From: Camelus ferus
Taxonomy: Eukaryota
NCBI RefSeq assembly: GCF_009834535.1
Contig: NC_045697.1
Coordinates: forward strand, 6,326,001-6,390,000
Direction of reading: 5' to 3'
Length of the DNA stretch: 64,000 nt
Numbering within the stretch: the first letter of the stretch is position 1; each line of letters starts with the position of its first letter. Positions 55,401 through 64,000 of the stretch are shown here, piece after piece. Under the pieces are notes generated by a model that did not search any database, had not been told where the DNA came from, and saw nothing but the letters and a program-made list of their open reading frames with translations. The position numbers and the translations under genes are program-made.

Positions 55401-55615
55401 TTGTGAACTTGTGCGTAACTCCTTCAGGGGCTGTGGTCACCACGGTCCCGGGCCGACGCCCGGCTCTCAACATCCCAGGACCCGAAGGATGAACCAGCCG
55501 CCCCTCCTGGCATTCTGTCCTCCTCCTGTTGAGTCAGGGAGGGAAAGCAAACCAAACAGCCCAACCAGAATAAACTGAAGGTAAGAACACTTTACTCCGA
55601 AGACCACCTTTTCGC
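52470..55615 (-). other. ZNF518B: ZNF518B 3' UTR (about 3.1 kb)
   Basis: Repeat-poor, partly AU-rich sequence between the stop codon and the AATAAA. Contains Pumilio-type TGTATATA elements on the minus strand, e.g. 52523-52530. Confidence 0.7.
52489..52494 (-). terminator. Polyadenylation signal AATAAA for ZNF518B
   Basis: TTTATT on the plus strand. A U-rich downstream element (ttctctgtcctttcatttc) follows on the minus strand. Confidence 0.7.
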
Positions 55616-58600
55616 TCATTCGCCCTTGGAGGAAAGGATGTCCCAGTCTCTCGTGGCTTCTATCAGGTGCCGCTGGCCGTGACTCATCCACTCTTCCTGG
55701 TCTTCGTAGAGCCGCCCACAGAACCAGCACTTAAATATACACTGCGATGAGTCATCAGGCAAGGAATCCACCACCTGGTAGTTGTTTTTATGCACTTTTT
55801 TAAGCTTCATTTTCAGCATCATTTGCCTTCTGACCTGACTGGCCTCCTCCGCGTTCTGGTAGGTGAGCCGGACGTGATGCCGCCTGATGCCCAGCTGGCA
55901 CCGGGTCCGCTCCGACAGGACCACCTTCAGGACATTGCCCTTGTACTTGTTGATGACCTTCATCACGTTGGACACTTCCGGTGAGTCAACGTCAGGGTGG
56001 TTTAACACAATGACAGGCTGGTTGCGCCGTGGGCATTTGATCAGCTGGTCTGGTTTAGCTGCAATCAGTCGAAGCTGTCTGGCAACCTGAAAGATGGAAG
56101 GATCCTTGAGGCAGCGGCTGGCATCAGCCTGAAGTCTGCTTTTCCTCTTGGATGAGTTTACTTGTTTGGCTTTATTTTTACTTATAGGAAGACTCCTGGA
56201 CAACAGTTTCCCTTGCTTACTCACTTCACTGCTTCCTTGCTGTCCATGCAGGGGTCCGGGTCTTTTAGACAGGGCGCTACAATGAGCAGTCTCTTTTCTT
56301 GATTTAGGCCGAAGAGACACATCAGGAGTTTGGGACAGGTCTACTGGCCCGCTTTCATTCGTCAAAGACTGCACGTCTGAGTCTGTCTGCTTCACCGGAC
56401 AGAACGGAGCAGGTTTGATTACCTGTGTCTCATTGCAAGGGATGCTGACAGGTGCTTCACATGTGGCCTCTATAATGTGGGAATTCTCGGAGGAATTAAG
56501 AACCCTCAACACAGCCCCTTTGGAGATCAGTACTGGAGTAGCCACGTGTGGCTTCCTGGTTACTCTGCTGTCGGCTTTCCCACTGCCGCCTTCCACAAAC
56601 TGTGGATACACCTGCTGACGAGTAAGCTGTCCATTAACCCTACCGTCATCCTGAGGTTTCTGGAGGGTGCCCGTGGAATAGCCAGCGCCAGTGAATGACA
56701 TGTTAATTTCTTGAATACCTTCAGGGGTGGCTTTTGAAGTGGCCTTGGATGCCTTCCCCACAGAATGAAGATGTGCGCTGTTTGCGGCCAAAGATGAAGG
56801 CCTGCCACAGGACTCAATCAGCTGAGCTATCTTTCTGCGCAAGAGTTCAATTGACTTTATTTTAGACGTCGAACTATTCCACTTAACGCCCTCAGGGACG
56901 TTCTCAGACCCCGAGCTCAGAGAAAACACTGAGGAGATGACTGGGCCGTCGAAGGCGTCCTTAGTCCTTTCGGAACTCTGTAGTTCCCGCGGTTCGCCCC
57001 CGGGCTGCTGAGACCCGATTCCGTCTTCTCCCGTTATGTTTATGTGCAAACACTCACCGGTGCGCTGGGAGGAGGCCTGGGCCGCAGCTGGGACCGCCCT
57101 GTGCTCCTGTGTCTGGTGGGCTTTCAGCTTCCGGCTGGAGGGGACCATCTTCACAGGGATGCTGACCTCACGTCTAGGTTCCAGCTCAGTTCTACTTACG
57201 GGCAGGGAGCCCTTTTCTCCAGAGAAGGAAATGGTTGCAGGCGAAGCAGCAACAGGAAATAACTGGTGTGAGTCACCGTGTAAATGTCTTCTACCTTCAG
57301 TAAAAGAAACGGCAGCTTTGTACGGAAAAGAGGTGGATGTGGTCCCAAGACCACTTAGAACACTGCTCTTTATGAGAGATGATGGAGAATGACCTTTTAA
57401 GGCAACGGAGGGAAGAGCAGTTCTATGTGGATACATGTAACATTTTCTCTGCAAATTCTCAACTATATCAGAGTTGAGAAAGGATTCCCCACCACTGTGC
57501 ACACTAGAATTTGACATGAGAAAATCGTAAGACCTTACCCATTTCACGTTTTTAAGTTGTTTCTGAACTGATGACTGAAGGTTATCAATGCCTGCCAGTT
57601 TTCCAACATTCCCGTCAATCGTCAGTGACTTTGTCTGTTCAGAAGAAGCCACTTTTTCTTGCTCACTTGAACTTTTCTCTTTAGTCACACGTTTAGAACT
57701 GCTTCCATCAGCCCCTCCAGCTTCAAGGCAATTATTTTCTTCCAGAGGAAACAGTTTCAGAACAAGCTGCTGTGTTCCATTGACAACCTTCACATCCATC
57801 AACTGGGCTAAACAGTTCGCAGGGACCACCAGCTCTGCTGGCGCCACGACGGTCAGCGGCATCCCCGGCTGGACGGGCTCCCTCGCGGGGCACAGCACTT
57901 CCACCTCCACGCTTCTGTTCTCAAACGGGCTGGCTCCGCTCGGCTCCGACAGGCTCGCTTTATTCGGAACGCACACGACATCCTTCTGGTGTTCCTTTGA
58001 TTCAGGGAACAACATAATGCTGTGCGTTCGGTCTTTATTCGTGTGGAGGGAGAACCTTGACAACTGATCCGACAACTTATTTGGAAACGCAGTCCTTGGA
58101 CTGGAAGCTTTTAGAAGCTCCAGGTTTGGCTTTGAAGCGCTGGTTCTCTTTGGCTCCAGCTTGGCCCCGGTTCTGGGCGGCCGTTTCCCACCGGCCTTCT
58201 CGTGCACCCTCTTCCTGTGTTTGACAATGTAGTCATTTCTAATAGCGCCGTAGTCACAGTACTCACACTGGTAAGGGAATATGCCTGTATGTTTCACCAA
58301 GTGCCTCTGAAACTCCCCTTTCGTGTAGGAAATGTAGCTGCAGTGAGAGCAAATGAATTTAATCTCTTCATGCTGAAGTGTGTGCTTTTTGTACTGCAGT
58401 GGGTCCTTTGTGGAAAATCGACATTTATCACAATAGTATTTACCTGGCTTAAAGTTCCTTACCTTAAATTTGTTACCGACAGCACTTGACATGGGCTCGG
58501 GGTTATTTCCTATCTGAGCAGCACCGGGGCTACTGTTCACAAAAGGAAAATGCTGGGGAGCCGCACCGAGGCTGCACTTGAAGCAAACGTACTTGTCGTC

Positions 58601-58864
58601 CTTCTGGCTCTGCCCAGCGCCCTTCTTCAGATCCTGAAGAGGGAGCTTGTGCACACTCTGACACTTGGCACACGTAGCGATGGTCATCACGGCAGCCTCG
58701 GCCTCCGAGCCCTGAAACAAAAGAGCCTGAGCTTCTTGTCTGTCTGGCCGAGTCGCTCGACTAGCATTAGGCTGTTTGGGTGACATGGTCAAGGAATTAC
58801 GTCCATCATTCACTTGTGTGGTATACAACTGCTGTCCGATATCCTTCATCTTCTTTATCTGCAT
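55616..58864 (-). CDS. ZNF518B: Zinc finger protein 518B; C2H2 zinc-finger protein with the whole CDS in one exon, 1082 aa from the first ATG
   Basis: Uninterrupted 1082-aa ORF. The N-terminus (MKDIGQQLYTT...SLTMSPKQP), the zinc fingers (YYCDKCRFSTKDPLQYKKHTLQH, FICSHCSYISYTKGEFQRHLVKH, YQCEYCDYGAIRNDYIVKH) and the C-terminus (RRNQPVIVLNHPD, FKCWFCGRLYEDQEEWMSHGQRHL) match ZNF518B as I recall it. The human-equivalent start is probably the second ATG at 58849. Confidence 0.97.
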   Translation of the reverse strand: MQIKKMKDIGQQLYTTQVNDGRNSLTMSPKQPNASRATRPDRQEAQALLFQGSEAEAAVMTIATCAKCQSVHKLPLQDLKKGAGQSQKDDKYVCFKCSLGAAPQHFPFVNSSPGAAQIGNNPEPMSSAVGNKFKVRNFKPGKYYCDKCRFSTKDPLQYKKHTLQHEEIKFICSHCSYISYTKGEFQRHLVKHTGIFPYQCEYCDYGAIRNDYIVKHRKRVHEKAGGKRPPRTGAKLEPKRTSASKPNLELLKASSPRTAFPNKLSDQLSRFSLHTNKDRTHSIMLFPESKEHQKDVVCVPNKASLSEPSGASPFENRSVEVEVLCPAREPVQPGMPLTVVAPAELVVPANCLAQLMDVKVVNGTQQLVLKLFPLEENNCLEAGGADGSSSKRVTKEKSSSEQEKVASSEQTKSLTIDGNVGKLAGIDNLQSSVQKQLKNVKWVRSYDFLMSNSSVHSGGESFLNSDIVENLQRKCYMYPHRTALPSVALKGHSPSSLIKSSVLSGLGTTSTSFPYKAAVSFTEGRRHLHGDSHQLFPVAASPATISFSGEKGSLPVSRTELEPRREVSIPVKMVPSSRKLKAHQTQEHRAVPAAAQASSQRTGECLHINITGEDGIGSQQPGGEPRELQSSERTKDAFDGPVISSVFSLSSGSENVPEGVKWNSSTSKIKSIELLRRKIAQLIESCGRPSSLAANSAHLHSVGKASKATSKATPEGIQEINMSFTGAGYSTGTLQKPQDDGRVNGQLTRQQVYPQFVEGGSGKADSRVTRKPHVATPVLISKGAVLRVLNSSENSHIIEATCEAPVSIPCNETQVIKPAPFCPVKQTDSDVQSLTNESGPVDLSQTPDVSLRPKSRKETAHCSALSKRPGPLHGQQGSSEVSKQGKLLSRSLPISKNKAKQVNSSKRKSRLQADASRCLKDPSIFQVARQLRLIAAKPDQLIKCPRRNQPVIVLNHPDVDSPEVSNVMKVINKYKGNVLKVVLSERTRCQLGIRRHHVRLTYQNAEEASQVRRQMMLKMKLKKVHKNNYQVVDSLPDDSSQCIFKCWFCGRLYEDQEEWMSHGQRHLIEATRDWDILSSKGE

Positions 58865-58866
58865 TT

Positions 58867-58926
58867 CTAGAAAGAGTCCACCGAAATCCAGAAAGACTTC
58901 ACATGATAAAATCCTTCGGCAAGCAT
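58867..58926 (-). promoter_or_regulatory. Upstream ORF of 19 aa (MLAEGFYHVKSFWISVDSF*) in the ZNF518B 5' UTR
   Basis: Read directly: ATG at 58926, TAG ending at 58867, 2 nt before the first ZNF518B ATG. A nested ATG-TGA lies at 58904-58899. Confidence 0.5.
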
Positions 58927-59063
58927 CCTTCAGTGCACTGTGCAGTTGGCGGAGAAGCAGCGACTTCCTGGGAGTGTACTTAAGTATCTTTTTTCAGAAG
59001 CCACCACAGTAGGAAATGATCCCCAAATACGACTGTTTCCAATTCTCTTATATTCCAGGCAAC

Positions 59064-59090
59064 ACTAAAGGGGAAAAAAAAAAGAAATCA
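59064..59090 (-). other. ZNF518B: Splice acceptor of the ZNF518B terminal coding exon (exon starts at about 59064)
   Basis: On the minus strand a long polypyrimidine tract ends ...cccctttag|TGTTGCC, with the AG at 59066-59065, 200 nt upstream of the ATG. Confidence 0.8.
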
Positions 59091-59639
59091 TAAAGCATGA
59101 TTAATACATGAACTTAAGGCTCAACTAACCTAGTCCCAAACTTACACTAAATTCCAATGGCCTTGGGAATTTTATGCTAAATCTGGACCTATTATCTTGA
59201 GACACATGCTGACGACAATACATAATACAACAGAACTGGCAAATAACAAGCCTAAACTGAAAACATTTTCACACTCAGCCTGCCTCCCAAAATTCATCCC
59301 TTTAGATCAACCATAAGCACAGGTATGCCAGGAGCGAGGTAACCACAGCAGTCATTCTGAGCAGCCTCTGATGAGTGACAGTTATTTTTAAGTGTCACTT
59401 TGAGCATGCTAGAGATTGCAGGGTACAATTTCATAGTAGCCTCACTAAAACTTTGTACAGGAAGGAGGCTATCATTTTAGTTTCTAAAAACACAAGTTAT
59501 CCAGTGGCAGAGCCAGTTACACTCAGGGGCCCACCTGTTTCTAAGTTACAGCTGATTATCTCCTCTCTCTCTTTCTCCCTCTCTCTCGCACGCGCCCCAT
59601 TTGCCTTCACAAGTGGTAAGAGGCCAGCAATATACTGAC

Positions 59640-60350
59640 AACAATATGGAGACAAATACTTACTCCAACATCTTCCTGAGCATGACACGTGCCAGCACTG
59701 CTCTGAACGCTATAGGGCAGTGACCAAAAGCAGATCAGTCCCTCTCCTCTTGAGGGTACAGAGCGGGGAGACAAGTTATATACCTATTTGTCAGAGGGTG
59801 GCAAGCAATTGGGGAAAATAAACCATAAAATAACGCAAAGGGAATTTCGTGTTGAGGCTGCAGGACTGGAGGGTGTGGAGGTGTGGACAGTCAGGAAAGG
59901 CCCCATGACAAGCTGACGTTGAAGCAGGGACCTCGGGGCAGCCGGGGAGTGGGTGCTGTGGCTGCCAGGAAGGAGGGGGTTTCAAGCAGAGAGAAGGCAA
60001 AGAGGTGTGGGGAGTGGGCCTGGAGCATCTGAGCAACAGCAGAGGCCTAGGCCGGTGGGCAGTGAGCGGGGACAAGAGGGGAGAGGAGGAGGGGGACGTG
60101 GTCGGAGGGATGGGGAGACCGGTCAAGGACGGCTCTGTATCACAGCATCACAAGGATGGGGCTTTTCCTCTACGTGACGAAAAGAACCGGGCAGCGCCTG
60201 GAGCAGCTACGGGACATGATCTGACTTCTGTTCCAACCAGCGCCTCCAGCAGCCACAAGGACAGGAGTGTGTGAGTGCGAAACGACGGAGGAGGGGACCC
60301 AGGTGGGACAGGAAGGTGGCCTGTTTTCTACAGCAAGTACAACAGTATGT
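59640..60350. mobile_element. L2 fragment in the ZNF518B intron
   Basis: L2-like motifs (caaatacttact...gtgccagcactg; gtcaggaaaggcc; gcctggagcatctgagcaacagcagaggcc). Confidence 0.55.
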
Positions 60351-62084
60351 CTAATACAGTGGCTAATTTTTACACAGATGTAGTTAATTGTCTTTAAATA
60401 CACATTCCTTTTTCAGAATACACAGAGCTAGGAGCTAAACAAAAACCACTCTAGCTTGGGATCTGCTAAGAGCCTTTCTTTCATGACCTTAGGAAAAAAA
60501 ACCTTTTGAATCTTTTGAGCCTGTTTTTCCATCTGGCAGTCAGAGTTGAGGACACGTAGCCAGCTTCTTCCACAGTGCAGCCACGATGACCGAGCACTGG
60601 AGCGCAAAGCAACACCTGTGAAAGTTTACAGTGCTTCCCTCAGTGCCGAGAGGCACAGCCTCACGGGCAGCTCCTCACTGGGGAGCGGGCAGCCCCCTTC
60701 TGGGACCTGCTAACAGGCCAAGAGCCACACAAAGTAAGTCTGAAAGGCCGACCTGGGGGAGCAGAAGGTCTTACTGTGGAAACGACAGCACATTCAGATC
60801 TAGCATGAAACCTGCCTTTAAAAGCATGTTTGGAAAGCACCATAAGAACATATCACATTTGATAACAAGCTTTATTTTCTTTTGCAACAGCATCTTTCCC
60901 TATTTCGCTTTTGCAAGACAGTTGCCTCCTTTCAAAAGTGACTCCCAGCACAGTCAGGCATCCAGGGGCTCAGGCAGAGCCACCCCGGCCTGAGTGTGCA
61001 CGTACACAAGCGGGCAGGGGCCCGGGGGCTTGCGAGGTGCTATCCGGCCCCTCAGTGTTCAAACACACACCTGCGTGAGGGGGCTGTGGACAGGACAGGA
61101 CCCACAGCTGCCGCCCTGCACACTGATGGGCACGGGCAGAGACAAGACGTCCACTTCCCACTGCACTCCTGGGACATACAGCAGAAAGGCTTTCAGACAT
61201 GTCACAGGCACTTTATTTTCCGGATCTGTAAACTGGCTTTGGTGAAGGGGGACAGACGTGACACCCTGAGCTCCTGCTACTCATCCAAGTGACCTCAAGC
61301 AAGCTGCCCATTTGTATCCACTCACTCATCTATGCTCACCTAGATGACTGCAGACTTTTCATCATGTAAGAAAGCCACTACCGCTAACATGTGCATGCTG
61401 GCACTTCAATCCAGTTAAAACAGAGGAAGTAATGGCTGCAACCCGAGCCTAGAAAACCTCTAGCCAGAGGAACGCAGAGGCTGAAAGGGGATTTAAGGAG
61501 ATCTGGTCCAGTGGTTCCTGAATCCGGAGGGGCCTCGGAATCACAGCTAAGAGACATTCCTAGGCTTCATCCCAAAGCTCGTGAATCTAAGTCTCAGTAG
61601 GGAGAGGGAAGGGGAAGAGACATCTGCGGTTTGTGAAAGCACTCCACATAATTCTGCTGAAAAGCCAGTATTAGAGATCACTGGCTGCAACTTCTAGCAA
61701 CACTTCAATCCTTTAAAACAACTTCACCAGCTGATGCTCTAACATTGCCATGAACAAAACCCCTAAACCTCACTTTATTTTCACATAGCTCTCGTCCACA
61801 ATTTACCGCTAAATAAAACTGAAACCAACCTCCTTGTTACTTTCTTATACCTTGACCTTGGAGCTACCAACCTTAAGCCCCGACAGACCAGCCATGAACC
61901 TGCTCCTCTCTTCTCTCATCCAGTCTCAGTTCTGTTCAGAAGATGTGCATTATCAGTCCACACGCACACCTCTCACCTACCAGCCTCATAATCCTATGAG
62001 AGAGAGAAAGAAAGCAGAGGAGGAAAAGAAAGAGGACAAGAGGGAGGAAGGGAAAAAAGAGGGGGAGGGAAGAAAATAACTTAC

Positions 62085-62366
62085 TTGCCTGGTATAACCT
62101 GCTACCAACTCTTTCACCGTAACACCTTATATATTAATCGTAAGAAATTCTCAAATCATGTGACGAGATAACTGAAGAATCATCCAAACCAAGATTCCAT
62201 TTGTGCACTTTAAGTTTTCTAGCACCTTTCCCAGCTTCCAAGATTCCTGAAAAATCACAGGAGGCAGTTTTGCCATTTTCTCTTCGAGTCCTCTTAAAAC
62301 TTGGAGGTGCCATTCCTCCTAGAACTGAAGCCCTGAAATCTGACAGACTGGATGATAAGATCATAT
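62085..62366 (-). other. Possible non-coding 5' UTR exon of ZNF518B
   Basis: Strong donor CAA|GTAAGT at 62085/62084 on the minus strand. The candidate acceptor (ctttccacttcttgctaag) near 62367 is weaker. Confidence 0.3.
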
Positions 62367-64000
62367 ACCTTAGCAAGAAGTGGAAAGCATTCTGCTGGAG
62401 GAGAAGTCCAGAGAATGAACCAAGCCTGCTCTGGTGACTAAGGAATGCAGAGCACTCCTGCAGGTACTTCTGCAAAACCATCTCAGTGGGTATTCTGGAT
62501 TAAGAATCCACAGAAGCAAGTGCCAGTATGAGGACCGAGGCTGTGATTCACAAATACAGCTTGATGGGGAGGAAAGACACCTAGGCCATGACCCAGGGAG
62601 GTCACCTGTTTGAAAGCACTGTCTTGGCTTCTAAACCATTTGCACAATAATGCAACATTTCTAACATTTCTACATTGGTACTTCCCCTCTGTCCAGGTGA
62701 CAAAGATGGCAGGCTTCTTTAAACCAAGCAAAGTTCTCTGGCCACTGCAACTTGTGTAGCTAGTCACGGAGGGAAATGACCTCCGATGGCGCACCCTGAG
62801 ACAGAGGTAAACGGACGCCGTGGCAGGGGAAAGCGCAGACGGCTCTGCCATTAGCATTTACACCTGGACACTCCTGAGGCTGTTCCGAGCACACCTGAGT
62901 CACGGGTGCCCAAGCCCCCGTTCCCTCCTTGCGACTTTCTCTACCTCGTTCATATTCAGGTACAACCACCTGTGAAGCCGGATCCTCTTGGCAGATTATT
63001 GCCCAGTAGGCTGATGACCAAGGATTATATAAAACACTGTAGATGAAGGCCCTGTGTGCACCAAACGCTGAGAGGGCACAAATCAATCACTATTAAAATC
63101 CCTATCAATGAAATGTCTGCCTACCTTCTAAACTCACAACACTGGTTACAAAACCGGTGCCTTTGACCTCCTTGGACTAGAAACACATTTTTTTGGATAA
63201 CTTAGGAAGGTTCTCAAAAACACAGAAAATACCTAGCATTATTAACTTTGGATATAATAAATAAAATAGCTACTTAATGTTGTTTTTAAATAGGAACAGT
63301 GAGCTTTTTAATGCAGAATTATCCACAGCATCAGACAAAGACAACTTCCACACACCAGAGAGGAGGGGCCAGGTGTGTGACAAACATACTTCCTCTAGAC
63401 GGAGTCTCATCTTTTCCCGGGGGAAAAGCCTGAGGGCAGCGTCCGCTGCTGGTGGGGTTTCCTTCTGACCTTGAGCTCACTTGACCTGGTCTCTCAAAAA
63501 TTTATCATGGGGACTAACGGAGAAACATGTTGAGTTTGACAGCAATCAGTTTACTGACATTGAGGCTATAAAAGCCACGAAGGCTGTGTGAGGGTCTTAT
63601 TAAAAGGAAGCATCTGACTTCTAAATACTGGCAATGTCAAATGCTCAACAGAATTAGAACAGAAACAAGCTGCAAACAGTGTTTACAGCTAGACTCTGGA
63701 ATCAGATTACAGGGTTTCAAAGCCCAGTCCCATCCCTTTCAGGTGTCTGGCAAGGAGCAAACCGCGTGAATCCTCATCTCCAAAACAGACGGTAGGGGCA
63801 CCCACCTCACAGGGCTGTCATGGGGACTAAGTGTGACAAGGTGACTGAAGTGCGTAGGTAGGTTACACACATATCACAAACTGTTAAAAATACCGTTTTC
63901 TTTTTTTCATGAAGAAAATAGAAGAAGTGATGCCTATTCCATAAGTAGTCAAAGGGGCTAACATATAGGCTTCTTTGCTGCCTGGCATCGCCTCTTTCTG

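Noticed and set aside
55790..59012. Several short plus-strand ORFs overlapping ZNF518B
   Set aside because: Shadow ORFs of the real minus-strand CDS.

Overview
Mammalian genomic DNA, probably camelid, judged from a tRNA-Ala-derived vic-1-type SINE at about 49.2 kb. The only intact protein-coding gene is ZNF518B on the minus strand: CDS 55616-58864 lies in one terminal exon, with a splice acceptor at about 59065, a 3' UTR of about 3.1 kb and a poly(A) signal at 52489-52494. The 20-52 kb interval is mostly L1, ERVL/ERV1/MaLR LTR, MIR and MER remnants. The first 20 kb is the unusual part. It is a visibly T/G-rich, highly degenerate tandem array: roughly 2-3.5 kb monomers plus a higher-order duplication with an offset of about 6 kb. 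It carries an antisense, intronless, decayed copy of the embryo-genome-activation homeobox gene LEUTX and a 3'-truncated ferritin light chain (FTL) retrocopy that keeps its iron-responsive element. This architecture suggests, but does not prove, a germline small-RNA (piRNA/endo-siRNA) precursor locus next to ZNF518B. Repeat family names and boundaries were recognised by eye and are approximate.
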